Assembly: GCA_964016885.1 (NCBI GenBank)
Contig: OZ024754.1
Coordinates: 36,208,001-36,272,000 of the forward strand
Reading direction: 5' to 3'
Source of the DNA: Eledone cirrhosa
Taxonomy: Eukaryota
DNA length: 64,000 nucleotides
The notes below the pieces were generated by a model, which saw only the letters and a list, made by a program, of their open reading frames with translations, ran no database searches and was not told the DNA's origin. The stretch's first letter is position 1; every line of letters starts with the position of its first letter. This document shows positions 16,313 to 31,917 of the stretch, piece by piece. Both the position numbers and the translations under genes were made by a program.

Positions 16313-16478
16313 TATATTAAAATAACAGATTAAAGTTTAAGCAAAGAATCGCTGCTTTCACCCTTAAACTTTAATCTGTTATTTTAATAAATATTTGCTC
16401 TACGGTTCTTATATATTTGATATATATTTATCCTTATCGAGCCCTCTTTGGATTTTAGTCTTCACATTTATTATTATT
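16313..16478. mobile_element. Fold-back family C copy (truncated)
   Basis: Same sequence as 39990-40217 and 45821-46120, with an internal inversion. Confidence 0.75.
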
Positions 16479-16667
16479 AGTGGATTGGCAGTATCGGTAG
16501 AGGGTCGGGCGCCATGCTTTGAAGCATAGAGTTACCTCCCTTTATGATCTGAGTTCAAATCCCGCCGAGGTTAACTTTGCCTTTCATCCTTACGGGGTTG
16601 TTAAAATAAAGTACCAGTAATGCACTGGGATAATTGCTGGCCTGGTGCCAAAAGTAGAAACAATTAT

Positions 16668-16670
<3 letters not shown>
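16479..16670 (+). mobile_element. Full-length Nin-type SINE
   Basis: GTGGATTGGCAGTATCGG...GAGTTCAAATCC...GTACCAG...AGAAACAATTATTA. Confidence 0.85.
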
Positions 16671-16690
<20 letters not shown>

Positions 16691-16715
<25 letters not shown>

Positions 16716-17039
16716 AAGTTAAATAAAAAGTCAAATGATTAAAATTTAGCTTCGTTTATTACTGCTATATATATATTTCAGTGACAGCCATCTTTGGCTG
16801 TGACCTCTTCAGGCAGTTTGAATTAGTATGGTATAGACAAGTACATATGTTGTTTAGGTGTATAATATTGTCAATACTCTGATATGCCCAGTTCCCTGTT
16901 GGGTTGTTAATTCACTGAGGAACTGGAGTCATATTTAACTTTATTTTACACTACTCCGGAGTAACCAAACCAACCTGCGCACTTCGTCGAGTGCTCCAGC
17001 CTGCATACTGAGGTGTTGGTATACAACCAACATAAACTC

Positions 17040-17040
<1 letters not shown>
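16691..17040 (-). mobile_element. (TA)n-anchored hammerhead element, family D, with inverted terminal segment
   Basis: Homologous to 34545-34865 and 52801-52995; 16940-17035 is the reverse complement of 34545-34640. Confidence 0.8.
16761..16817 (-). ncRNA. Type I hammerhead ribozyme (family D)
   Basis: acugc-CUGAAGA-ggucacagcca(aaga)uggcugucacu-GAAA-uauauaua-UA^gcagu. Confidence 0.82.
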
Positions 17041-17124
<84 letters not shown>

Positions 17125-17165
17125 GATATATTAACAAATGGAAACTATATTTATAAAACCATATT

Positions 17166-17230
17166 TATTTCATTATACATATTTCAAGGACACCAAGTTA
17201 AATTATGGTGTGCTTTCATCAGATAAAATA
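17166..17230 (-). ncRNA. Type I hammerhead ribozyme (family E)
   Basis: uauuuuau-CUGAUGA-aagcacacca(uaauuuaacu)ugguguccuu-GAAA-u(augu)a-UA^augaaaua; identical copy at 63776-63840. Confidence 0.82.
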
Positions 17231-17802
17231 TAATATAATATAATATAATATATATATATATATATATATATACCTATTTATAGAGTTCATGTTCAAAATC
17301 GATAGTTGGTGATGGAAGATCGATTGCTTAGATCAATTTTAAGTTATGGTTCTTCTTGAATCATGAAATGGCCCTAAGGAAATGAGAACTTTTTTCTATT
17401 TGAAGTACATACTCTTCCTGGTTACATGTGCTTTTTGTGTGTGTACAAAATACTGTTTTCTCATAAGATTTATGGCTCTCTCTCTATATATCTACATTTA
17501 TCTATAAATTTGAATTATTGATGCTCTTGACTAAACGCATAGATTAAAATTTATAAGTAATACTAATACTATGTAATATTATGTAGTGGTTAGTTTGACT
17601 CTTAAACTTAATATACGTATATTGGCTCAATTAAACATTATAGGAATAAAATTAAGACTTATACATTAACACGCATTAATTAAAGTTACGACCAATTTTA
17701 ATATTAACTGTATAGTACGTTACATACATATATACATACATATAAACATATATACATATATATATATATACATATATACATATATATACACATACATATA
17801 TA

Positions 17803-18245
17803 CATGATGGCTGCCCCCGCGTTATCGAGTATGGCCATTGCACGATATACCATTATTAATAATTATTAATTAATTCTATCGTGCAATGCCTGTGCGTGAA
17901 GATTTTTTTTAAAGTGAGGAAAGACTGTGCACTGAGCCAATCCCACTCTCTGAGCGACAGAAGCTATAACCCGAAAAGAAGAAAAGATCAACATCATCGG
18001 TAACTACTGAGCCGCAGGTTTTATATCGGAGTTATCCTAGTTTCCTGAGTTGCCTTCTGCAAGAAGAATACCCTGACAAAGGTTAGGGGCCCTTCACTCC
18101 CAGTGGTTTAACCGCACGATAGGGTATCCATTTATGTATGTATATGCATGTATGCATGTGTATGCATATGCGCGGGGACATAGAAATAATCGGCCTGGAT
18201 ACCCGATCGTGCGGTTAAACCACAGGGAGTGAAGGACCCTAGCCT
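17803..18245 (-). mobile_element. Diverged member of the (TACA)n-associated, RTE-related repeat, with inverted duplication
   Basis: Similar to 18700-19100 (GATGGCTGCC..., GAAGAAAAGATCAACATCATCGG); arms 18080-18130 and 18197-18245 are inverted. Confidence 0.55.
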
Positions 18246-18271
18246 ATGTATATACATGTATGCATGTGTAC

Positions 18272-18352
<81 letters not shown>

Positions 18353-18419
18353 CTTCCAAAAATAATGGTTGCATCTAATAGGGTACGTCAAAATTATTTA
18401 TAAAACTGTTTATATATTG

Positions 18420-18452
<33 letters not shown>

Positions 18453-18453
<1 letters not shown>

Positions 18454-18583
18454 ACGAAGGAAATGTGGTAAGGAACCAGATGGACCATAACGCACCAAAG
18501 TACTCAATACTTAGGGTAGTAGAGTGGGTAATAGGAACGAGTAGGACCCCGACGGCTGAGCTCAAGCCGTTTCGACGGCTAAT
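18453..18583 (-). mobile_element. Family B (TA)n-anchored element carrying the 3' half of a hammerhead
   Basis: AACGAAGGAAATGTGGTAAGGAACC...GCCGTTTCGACGGCTAAT; minus strand has GAAA-cggcu(ugagcuc)agccg-UC; many copies in the window. Confidence 0.75.
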
Positions 18584-18697
18584 ACATACATACATACATA
18601 CCTACATACACACACACATACATACATACATACATACATACATACATACATACATACATACATACATACATACATACACACACACATACATACCTAC

Positions 18698-19306
18698 ATG
18701 GTGGCTGCCAACTCGTTTTCGAGTACGGCCACTACTTTATATCCATGTAGGAGAACCCCTACAGATGCGCTGAACGAGTGTGACTTTTTAGTCCAGCCAG
18801 CGACTTGAAAACTCTGGTACAAACGCTACACTTGTGACAATTATTGACACATAGTGCTGGGCCCATGGTACCATGTGAGGACAAGTGCAGAGAGATCTCC
18901 AGATATAAAGCAATGCCTGTGCCGTGAAGCTTTTATAGTGAGCAAAGGCACTGCACAAAGCCAGTCCCACTCTCTTAACCAAGATGATATTTACCAAAAA
19001 GAAGAACAAGTCAACATCATTGGATACCATCAGGGTTGCAGGTGTTATATCAGAGTTTTCCTTCTCCTAGAATTCTGCCTTGACAAAGGCTAAGGGGTCA
19101 TCTCTCCCGGTGATTTTGGATGGCCATTGACTCTTACGAGCTCCTTTGCCCTTTGACAGGTTTTGTTTTTAGTCCTGCAGGATGTCCAAAGCCACCCTCC
19201 TCACCAAGAAACCTTGGTGGGGTTGCCAGTTTAGTCGCCAACGACCCGACCATGAGACAGGTTGTACTGGGATACATGTTACCAGTAGCACCAACTGGTG
19301 ACCTGA
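18698..19306 (-). mobile_element. About 600-bp non-autonomous retroelement between (TACA)n tracts, probably RTE-derived
   Basis: Near-identical inverted copy at 39122-39560; contains CTAGGAGAAGGAAAACTCTGA, a motif resembling invertebrate RTE 5'UTRs; no intact ORF. Confidence 0.6.
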
Positions 19307-19704
19307 CATATATACATACCTACATACATACATACATACATACACACACACATACATACCTACATACATACATACATACATACATACATACATACACACA
19401 TACATACATACATACATACACACATACATACATACATACATACATACATACATACATACATACTCACACACATACATACATACATACGTACATACATACA
19501 TACATACATACACACATACACACATACATACATACATACATACATACATACATACATACATACATACATACTCACACACATACATACATACTCACATACA
19601 TACATACATACATACATACATTTATTAATCAACAATAACGTTACTTCATCTTCCATCTTCGTCACCACCATTATCATCATCATCATTATCATCATTATCA
19701 GCAG

Positions 19705-19736
<32 letters not shown>

Positions 19737-19855
19737 ACAACAACAACAACAACTGTGACAGCAAAACCGGATATTTGTGGGCAGACAGACATTATAGACT
19801 AACTCCCCGATCGTATACAAAACAACACCCTCCCTCACCAACTGCCGCACCCTCC

Positions 19856-19904
<49 letters not shown>

Positions 19905-20344
19905 CTCTCTCTCTCACACACACACTCTCTCTCACACAAACACATACACTCTCTTTCTCTCACACACACACACACTAACATACCCACTTACACACACACA
20001 CACACACTCACACACACACACGCACACACACTCACACACATACACTCACACTTACACACACACACCCTCACACACATACACACACTCACAAACGCACACA
20101 CACACACACTCACACACACACACACACTCACAAACGCACACACACACACTCACAAACGCACACACACACACACTTACACATACACACTCACACTCACACA
20201 CTCACACACACACACACCCTCACACACACACTCCCACACACACACACACTCTCACCACGCTGATTGTGTCAACTTCCTGTTAGTGACGTGTCCTGAGGAG
20301 ATTACATCATATGGAGATGTTTGTAATGATTGGGGATAGTTCAT

Positions 20345-22330
20345 TGGATTGTTGCTTGGCTGGCCAGCAGGGTGGCTGGATGGCAGGGTGGCTGGATGGC
20401 TGGATGGAGGGTTGGCTGGTCAGCAGGGTGGCTGGATGGCTGGATTGTTGCTTGGCTGGCCAGCAGGGTGGCTGGATGGCAGGGTGGCTGGATGGCTGGA
20501 TGGCTGGATGGCTGGATGGCTGGATGGCTGGATGGTTTGATGGCTGGTCAGCAGGGTGGCTGGTTGGCTGGATGGCTGGATGTTGGTTGGCTTGTCAGCA
20601 GGGTGGCTGGATGGTGGATGGCTGGATGGCTGGATGGCTGGATGGCTGGATGGTTGGTTGGCTGGTCAGATGGGTGGCTGGATGGCTGGATGGCTGGATG
20701 GGTGGATGGCTGGATGGTTGGTTGGCTGGTCAGATGGGTGGCTGGATGGCTGGATGGCTGGATGGCTGGATGGGTGGATGGGTGGATGGTTGGTTGGCTG
20801 GATGGCTGGATGGTTGGTTGGCTGGTCAGCAGGGTGGCTGGATGGCTGGATGGCTGGATGTTGGTTGGCTTGTCAAATGTGTGGCTGGATGGGTGGATGG
20901 CTGGATGGCTGGATGGCTGGATGGCTGGATGGCTGGATGGTTGGTTGGCTGGTCAGCAGGGTGGCTGGATGGCTGGATGGCTGGATGTTGGTTGGCTTGT
21001 CAAATGTGTGGCTGGATGGGTGGATGGCTGGATGGTTGGATGGCTGGATGGCTGGATGGCTGGATGGTTGGTTGGCTGGTCAGCAGGGTGGCTGGATGGC
21101 TGGATGGCTGGATGTTGGTTGGCTTGTCAAATGTGTGGCTGGATGGCTGGATGGCTGGATGGCTGGATGGCTGGATGGCTGGTAGGCTGGATGGCTGGAT
21201 GGTTGGTTGGCTGGTCAGATGGGTGGCTGGATGGCTGGATGGCTGGATGGGTGGATGGGTGGATGGTTGGTTGGCTGGGTGGCTGGTCAGCTGGGTGGTT
21301 GGGTGGTTGGATGGCTGGGTGGTTGGGTGGCTGCTCTGCTTGATGGCTGGCCAGCAGGGTGGCTGGTTGGCTGGCTGGCTGGGTGGTTGGGTGGCTGGTC
21401 TGCTTGATGGCTGGCCAGCAGGGTGCGTGGCTGGCTGGCTGGCTGGTCAGCTGGGTTGCTGGATGGCTGTTCAGATGGGCGACTGGATGGCTGGTTGGCT
21501 GCGTAGCTGGATGGAGGTCAGCCGGTTGGCTGGATGGAGGGTGGCTGGATGGCTGGTCAGCTGGGTGGCTTGATGGCTGGGTGGCTGGGTGGCTTGATGG
21601 CTGGGTGGCTGGGTGGCTGGATGGAGGTCAGCTGGGTGGTTTGATGGCTGAGTGGCTGGGTGGCTTGATGGCTGGGTGGCTGGGTGGCTGGATGGAGGTC
21701 AGCCGGGTGGTTTGATGGCTGAGTGGCTGGGTGGCTTGATGGCTGGGTGGCTGGGTGGCTGGATGGCTGGATGGCTGGTCAGCTGGGTGGTTTGATGGCT
21801 GAGTGGCTGGGTGGCTTGATGGCTGGGTGGCTGGGTGGCTGGATGGCTGGTCAGCTGGGTGGTTTGATGGCTGAGTGGCTGCGTGGCTTGATGGCTGGGT
21901 GGCTGGGTGGCTGGATGGTGGTCAGCTGGGTGGTTTGATGGCTGAGTGGCTGGGTGGCTTGATGGCTGGGTGGCTGGGTGGCTGGATGGAGGTCAGCTGG
22001 GTGGTTTGATGGCTGAGTGGCTGGGTGGCTTGATGGCTGGGTGGCTGGGTGGCTGGATGGAGGTCAGCTGGGTGGTTTGATGGCTGGGTGGCTGGGTGGC
22101 TTGATGGCTGGGTGGCTGGGTGGTTGGATGGCTGGATGGAGGTCAGCTGGGTGGTTTGATGGCTGGGTGGCTTGATGGCTGGGTGGCTGGATGGCTGGTC
22201 GGCTGGGTGGCTTGATGGCTGGGTGGCTGGGTGGCTGGATGGAGGGTGGCTGGATGGGTGGTCGGCTAGGTGGCTTGATGGCTGGTCATCTTGGTGGCTG
22301 GATGGCTTGATGGCTGGTCAACTGGGTGCC
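20345..22330. repeat. (GGCT/GGAT/GGGT)n tetranucleotide satellite with higher-order blocks
   Basis: Recurrent blocks such as CAGCAGGGTGGCTGGATGGCTGGATG...CTTGTCAAATGTGTGG; source of the W/G/L/D ORFs. Confidence 0.93.
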
Positions 22331-22509
22331 TGCATGGTTGGTCGACTAGATAGTTAGATGGTCATCTGGTGAGTTGTCTGTGTGGTTATCTAATCTACAA
22401 AGTGATGAGATCCGCCAGATGTACAATGGTCAACATCGTAGGTCAAATCGGCGCCTCAACCATTCCGCCAAATATTAAGGACACTTTCTCTTATCATCTC
22501 TAATAACTG

Positions 22510-22880
22510 TTGCAGCACATAGTAACGGCCCTTTACGTTCTGAGTTCAAAGCTCACCAAGTTTATGACGTTGAAGTACCAGTAACATACTGGGGTTTCAT
22601 TTAATCGTCTTACCCGTCTCTCCTCAAAAATTGTTGGCCTAAACCAGAAACAATTATTGGAGTTGTTGTTGTTGTTGCTGTTGCTGTTGTTGTTGTTGTT
22701 GTTGTTGTTGCTGTTGCTGTTGTTGTTGTTGCTGTTGTTGTTGTTGTTGCTGTTGCTGTTGTTGTTGTTGTTATTGTTTTGATTGTTGTTATTGTTGCTG
22801 AGGGTGATGGATTGGCAGTATCGGTAGAACGTCAGACACCATGCTTTGCAGCATAGAGTTACGGCCTTTTACGTTCTGAG
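22510..22880 (+). mobile_element. Two partial Nin-type SINEs separated by (GTT)n
   Basis: CTGAGTTCAAAG...GTACCAG at 22540-22580; GGATTGGCAGTATCGG at about 22810. Confidence 0.65.
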
Positions 22881-23330
22881 TATTACTGTTGTGGTCGTTA
22901 TTGCAGTTGTTGGTTTTCTTATTGTTGTTACTGTTGTAATTGCTGTCGCTGTCGGTGTTGTTGTTGCTGTTGTTTTTATTATAGGTGTTGTTATTGTTGT
23001 TATCGTTGTTATTGTTGTTACTGTTGTAATTGCTGTCGCTGTCGGTGTTGTTGTTGCTGTTGTTGTTATTATAGGTGTTGTTATTGTTGTTATTGTTGTT
23101 TGTGGTGATGTTGTTGTTACTGTTGTCTTGGCGTGGCTAACTAAATTGCTGTTGGCGTCTTGTTTATCTTTTAGATTTTGGTCGTTGTTAGTTGTGTTGT
23201 TGTTGTTGTTGTTGTTAGTTGTTGTTGTTGTTGCGAATCCTATTGTTGTTGTTGTTGCTGTTATTACTAGTCATATTGTTGTTGTTGTTGTAAGTCATAT
23301 TGTTGTTGTTGTTATTGTCGTTGCTAGCCC

Positions 23331-23373
<43 letters not shown>

Positions 23374-24016
23374 ATTGTTGTTGTTATTGTTGTTGTTGTT
23401 ATTGTTGTTGTTGTTATTGTTGTTGTTATTGTTGTTGGTGTTGTTGTTGTTGTTGTTGTTGTTGTTGTGTTATTGGTATTAACGGTCGTCTGCTTCCAGA
23501 GGCAGTTTCTCTTCATTCTGATTTTATTGTTATACCAGTATCATCATCATCATCACCATCACCACCATCATCACCATCAACCTCATCATCACCATCATCA
23601 CAATCATCATCACCATCAACATCGCCATCATCATTATTATCAACACCACCGCCACCATCATCATCGTCATCATCATTTTCATCATTTTCATCACCATCAT
23701 GCTGGTGGTGGTGGTGGTGGTGGTTGTTGTTGTTGTTGTGGTGGTGGTGATGGTGGTGGTGGTGTTGGTGGTGGTGGTTATGGTGGTAGTGGTGGGGATG
23801 GTGTTGGTGGTGGTGGTGGTGGTGGTGGTTGTGGTGGTGGTTGTGGTGGTGGTGGTGGTGGTGGTGGTGGTGGTGGTGGTGGTGGTGGTGGTGGTTGTGG
23901 TGGTAGTGGTGGTTGTGGTGGTGGTGGTGGTGGTGTTGGTGGTGGTGGTCGTGGTGGTGGTGGTGGTGGGGTTGGTGGTGGTGGTGGTGGTGGTGGTGGT
24001 GGTGGTGGTGGTTGTG

Positions 24017-24048
<32 letters not shown>

Positions 24049-24359
24049 GGTGGTGGTGGTGTTGGTGGTGGTGGTTGTGGTGGTGGTGGTGGTGGTGGTG
24101 GTGTTTGGTGGTGGTGGTTGTGGTGGTGGTGGTGGTGGTGGTGTTGGTGGTGGTTGTGGTGGTGGTGGTGGTGGTGTTGGTAGTGGTGGTCGTGGTGGTA
24201 GTGGTGGTGGTGGTGGTTGTGGTGGTTGTGGTGGTGGTGGTGATGGTGTTGGTGGTTGTTGTGGTGGTAGTGGTAGTGGTGGTAATGGTGTTGGTGGTGG
24301 TGGTGGTGGTGGTTGTGGTGGTGGTGGTGGTGGGGGTGTTGGTGGTGGTGGTGGTGTTG

Positions 24360-24391
<32 letters not shown>

Positions 24392-25075
24392 GGTGGTGAT
24401 GTTGGTGGTGGTGGTGGTGGTTGTTGTGGTGGTAGTGGTAGTGGTGGTGGTGGTGGTGGTGGTGGTGGTGGTGGTGGTGGGTCAGTCAATGGTATCACCA
24501 CAACACCAGCAAGAGTACTTGTACATTGTTTACTTTATATTTTATTATTATTTATTTTGGTATTTTTTATTTCTTGTAATTACTGAGTACCTCCAATTGC
24601 TGTTGTATATATATTTATTTATTTAGTTTCGTTGTTGGAGCGTGGAAATTGGGGTGGGGGTAGGGGTGGAGTTTGGGGGGAGGGGGTTATAGTGGTGGTG
24701 GTGGTGGGGGTTGGGGTGGTGTGGGGCGGGGTTTTGGTGGTGTTGGTGATGGTGGTCGAGGTAGTGGTGGAGTTGGGGTGGTGGTGGTGATTATGGTGGT
24801 GGTGCGTGAGGTGATGGTGGTGCCGGTGGTGGTGGTGGTGATGGTGGTGGTGATGGTGGTGGTGGTGCTGGAGGTGGTGGTGGTGCCGGTGGTGGTGCCG
24901 GTGATGGTGATGGCGATGGTGATGGTGGTGCTGGCACTGGTGGTGGTGGTGGTGGTGGTGGTGGTGGTTGTTGTGGTTGTGGATGCTGATGGTGTTGGTT
25001 GGGGGGGGGGGGGTTTGAGGTAGGTAGGGGTGGTGATAGTGGTGGTGGTGGTGGTGGTGGTGGTGGTGGTGTTGG
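22881..25075. repeat. (GTT)/(CAT)/(GGT)n compound trinucleotide region
   Basis: Directly visible; poly-V/H/G ORFs are artefacts. Confidence 0.92.
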
Positions 25076-25244
25076 GGTAGGGTTAGAGCGAAAATATGTC
25101 GAAAGGTGGAGCATGCCGGACCAAAGTTAGGCGTAAACAACAGCACAGCGCCATCTGTCGAGGGATGGCAACGTTCAAAAGTATTCAATAACTATCGGCT
25201 TCGCTGTTCGTCATTCCTCTCGCCACCAGCTGCAGCAGAGTCAG

Positions 25245-27620
<2,376 letters not shown>

Positions 27621-28579
27621 ATATAAATGAGAGAGAGAGATAGAGAGTGATAAAGAAAGAGAGAGAGGGAAAGAGAGGGACAGAGAGAGAGAGTGAGTGA
27701 TAGAGAGAGAGATAGAGAGAGAGAGGAGAGAGAGAAAGGGTGAAGAGAGAAAGAGATAGAGATATATATATATAGAGAGAGAGGGATAGAGTGATAGAGA
27801 ATGACAGAGAGAGACAGTAGTGTGGTAATGTAACATGTAAACAAGCCCATCAGCCAATGCCAGAGTGATTATCACCCATGTAACGCATCTTCAAAATGGC
27901 TGCTTAAACCACACCGCCATTACACCTTCTCCAGTTCCCTCCAAACTTTCCTTTTAGTTTTTAATTTCACCTCTCATCTGCACTCTCCGCCATTTTCCTC
28001 CCGTATTCTCAAACACACACACACACACAAACTCACACTCACGCGCATACACACAAACACAGGCACGCACACACACACACACACACAAACTCACACACAC
28101 GCGCACACACACAAACTCAGGCACGCACACACACACACACAAAAACACACACACACGCGCACACATACAAACTCAGGCACGCACGCACACACACACACAC
28201 ACACATACACACACACACACACACAAACTCACACACACACACACACACACAAACTAAGGGACACACACAGACAAACTCAGGCATGCACGCACACACAGGC
28301 ACGCACACACACACACTCACAAACCTCACACACTCAGACACACACATACACACACACACACCCAGGCACGCACGCACACAACCACACACACACAAACTCA
28401 GGCACGCACGCACACACACACACAAATTAAGGCCACACACACACTCAGGCACACACGCACACACACGCACACATATGCTGCTGTTTTCTCTCTCCCACTT
28501 TTCTCTTTATTTCTCCACTTAACATACACAGTATAAATATACACATTTGCATACACGCACAAAAAAAGCATCCAACCCC

Positions 28580-28616
<37 letters not shown>

Positions 28617-28669
28617 ATGTATGTGTCTGTGTGTGTGTGTGTATATATATATATGCATATATATATACA

Positions 28670-28767
<98 letters not shown>

Positions 28768-29022
28768 GATACATATTTATATATATTTATATATACACAC
28801 ACACATATATATATAAATGTACATATATATTTACATACATAATAGATACATACATATATACATACATACACACATACATACACACATACGTACATTCATC
28901 CATCCATCCATCCATCCATCCATACATACATACATACATACACAACATACATGTATACATACATACATATGTATATATACATATACATGTGTGTGTGTGT
29001 GTGTGTGTGTGTGAATGTATGT

Positions 29023-29053
<31 letters not shown>

Positions 29054-29644
29054 TACATATATATGTATATACACACGCATTCAAGCACATAGACTTCATT
29101 TCTGTTACCCCTCCCCCACATTCGATTGCCGTTTCGGCCAATTGAATTGTTTTCAACAAAACTTGTCAACACATAAACAATTTCCTTTCTTTATTTTCTT
29201 CTTTCTTTCTATTTTTTTTTTCTTTTATCGATTATTCGTTAACGTCTGCTGCCATTGTTTTTCTTTTTTCCTCCATTTTTAAATATACTTTTCGTTGGGT
29301 TTCGTTTCGTTTTGGCTGTTTTACATGTTTTAATTTTCTAATTTTATTTTTAGAACTAACCCTACCATTATGCTTGTTGTCTATCTGTCATCCGTCACTC
29401 ATGTGTACACTCCACTTACACTTCATACTCCACTTTATACTCCACTCCACTCCACTCAGATAAACAACACCCAGCTTGTCCTCTCCATTTCACTAAACCT
29501 GCCTGTCTGTCTCATCATTGTGGCATTGTCTTTTCCTCCCCACATGTAATCATTTTCAATAACAACACACCAGACAAATTAGTCATCGTTATAATAGTTA
29601 ATATCGTAGTTGCTCTTGTTATTGTTAATCGTCAAAGCCGTTGT

Positions 29645-29740
29645 TTGCAGAGGCTTAGTGGTTAGGGTGTTCGGTGTTCGGTTTACGATCTTAAGGTCGT
29701 GTGTTTGATTCCCGGTAGTGCGTTGTGTCCTTGAGCATGG
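29645..29740 (+). mobile_element. tRNA-headed CORE-type SINE, 5' fragment
   Basis: GGCTTAGTGGTTAGGG A-box, GTTTGATTCCC B-box, then GCGTTGTGTCCTTGAGCA. Confidence 0.6.
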
Positions 29741-29994
29741 TATGTCACGATTGTAAGTGTACATATATCTACGGAATGTTCAGTTACTTGTTTATGTACG
29801 TATGCGTGTTTGTATGTATGAATGGACCTGTTATTTTTCTCTAAAAACATTTTTTTTCCAATTCCAACCCGCCCGTCCCTTCAATCTTTCTAATTTCTCA
29901 GTCTTTCTACTGATGAAGGACCAGCAGTCACCCATGCTTACTAAGCTCCCCTCTCCACGCAACCGAGGTTGTCCTAGGGAAAGGCAATGGCCGA

Positions 29995-30110
29995 TGGAGC
30001 AACGTAAAATAAAGGGTTTTGCTCAAGAACACAACGCAAAGCCCGGTTCGAGAATCGAACGCACGACCTAACAATTATAAGCCCGACGCTCTAACCACAA
30101 ACCCATGCGC
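29995..30110 (-). mobile_element. tRNA-headed CORE-type SINE fragment
   Basis: TGCTCAAGAACACAACGC...GAATCGAAC...CTCTAACCAC is the reverse complement of the head and core. Confidence 0.6.
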
Positions 30111-30282
30111 CTAAATATATATACATATACACATATATATACATATACATATATTTATATATAAGGGTTAAAATACTGGAGCGTGTTGGAGTTAAACACC
30201 CTCTTAGTATTATAGAAATGACAGTAAAAAGTATAGCTCAATGTAGTTAAACAGAGCCGAAAAATTAATATATTTATATATA

Positions 30283-30377
<95 letters not shown>

Positions 30378-30701
30378 TTATATGAATACATACGTAAGTA
30401 TATATACATACATATGTGGACATATTTATGTATACATGTATGTGGATGTGTGTGTGTCAGTCTGTTTTATGTTTCAAACTATCGAAGCTAGCAAAAGCGT
30501 TTTATTATTTGTCTTTTTACAGCATTAAGTTTATATTGCTAAATGTGCTGGAAACTGGGTTATTTCCCCTCCTTTCATCTCAGACACTGACCTGGAAGGG
30601 TTGAAACTCGAAATCACGAACCATCAAACTGTAACGTGAAACATTTAATCAATTCGTTTCCAAACGATAACTACATAAGTAGCATTCATACTTGTGAAGT
30701 T

Positions 30702-30932
30702 ACGTGGCTTAAAGATTAGGGGGCTGGGGTTCGGCCTACGATTGTAAGATTTTGATTTTGTTTCCCGGCGGTGCGTTGTGTGCCTTGAACAGGACACTTT
30801 ATTTCACAATGTTCTAGTCCATTCAGCTTGCCAAAATGAGTCATGCCATACCTGTAATTCAAAGCGTCAGACTTGTCACACTATCAAGTTGAATCTCCCC
30901 TTGGAACTACGTGAAGGGTACACGTGTCTGTG
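30702..30932 (+). mobile_element. Degenerate CORE-type SINE
   Basis: CGTGGCTTA...CCCGGCGGTGCGTTGTGTGCCTTGAACAGGACACTTTATTTCAC. Confidence 0.55.
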
Positions 30933-31209
30933 AAGGTCCGAACACAGAAGAGCCGAACTCCCAGTGGCATCGCCCCCATCTCTCTCGCCTTCCCCATCTC
31001 ACTGTATTATGAGCAAATGGGGTCATACACAGAAGGGACGAAATGTTAAACTCTGTACAGTCCTTGGTGTTGTCAGACCGGCTCTTGCAGTCTGCAATCA
31101 CAACTGGTCCCTCTTTAATATATTAATCATCAATATATACAATCTAACATTTAAAATTCTGACCTTTAATACATGGTTTACGTCGCTAATGATCTTGAGA
31201 GGACAACTG

Positions 31210-31432
31210 AATAATGGTTTCTTATATAGGCACAAGGCCAGCAATTTGGAGGGAGGGGAAAGACGATTAAATCGACCCCAGTGCGTGACTGGTACTTTAT
31301 TTTATCGACTCCGTAAGGATGAAAGGCAAAGTTAGCCTCGGTGTGATTTGAACTCAGATCATAAAGGGCCGTAACTCTATGCTGCAAAGAATGGCGCCCG
31401 ACCCTCTACCGATACTGCTAATCCATCGCCCT
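31210..31432 (-). mobile_element. Nin-type SINE (long-tail variant)
   Basis: CTGGTACTTTATTTTATCGAC...GATTTGAACTCAG...CCGATACTGC. Confidence 0.82.
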
Positions 31433-31469
31433 TAGGACAACTGAATGATAGAGTGAACTCTATAGATAA

Positions 31470-31810
31470 TAAACACAACGACAGGGATATGGAAGGGCTG
31501 AACTCCCACTGTCATCGCCTCCATCTCTCTCGCCCTCCCCATCTCTTCGTATGGTGAGCAAATGGTGTCCCACGTGCAGAGCGCCCCACGATCCCGCGGC
31601 GGACAGAATGGAGAAGGCGTTTCCCTGGAGGATGGTCAGGGAGATGCGCTGGAAGAGCCATTCCATCTCGCGAGGCTCACACCTGCGGCTGGCCATCTCA
31701 GCGCCTATGGTGGTAAGTAGGGAGGCAGCCCTAGGGCCAAGGACACCAGAAGTCGCCACAGCTAGGGGCTTGACTGCAAACCTGTCGGAGAGCGACTGTG
31801 GAGGAAGGCT
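31470..31810 (-). mobile_element. 3' fragment of CRE-clade non-LTR retrotransposon (restriction-like endonuclease end)
   Basis: PLAVATSGVLGPRAASLLTTIG...REMEWLFQRISLTILQGNAFSIL resembles the CRE motif P.AVETSG.WG...WL.QR.S...QRGNA..IL; a second 3'UTR copy lies at about 30950-31030. Confidence 0.75.
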
Positions 31811-31917
31811 CTAGACATTTACATGTTAATTAATCGGGCAGGTCATTCCATTCGAAAACCTGAAACGCACATCACCGGAAGCAACGAGTGTCCAAAACAC
31901 ACCACAAATACTCTATA

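Noticed and set aside
19190-19306. Possible HDV-like ribozyme at the 5' end of the RTE-related element (minus strand)
   Set aside because: A P4-like hairpin followed by CUAA is visible, but I could not build a full nested pseudoknot consistent with both copies (10860-10945 differs); needs a descriptor search
20311-21938. Long Trp/Gly-rich ORFs
   Set aside because: Tetranucleotide repeat artefact
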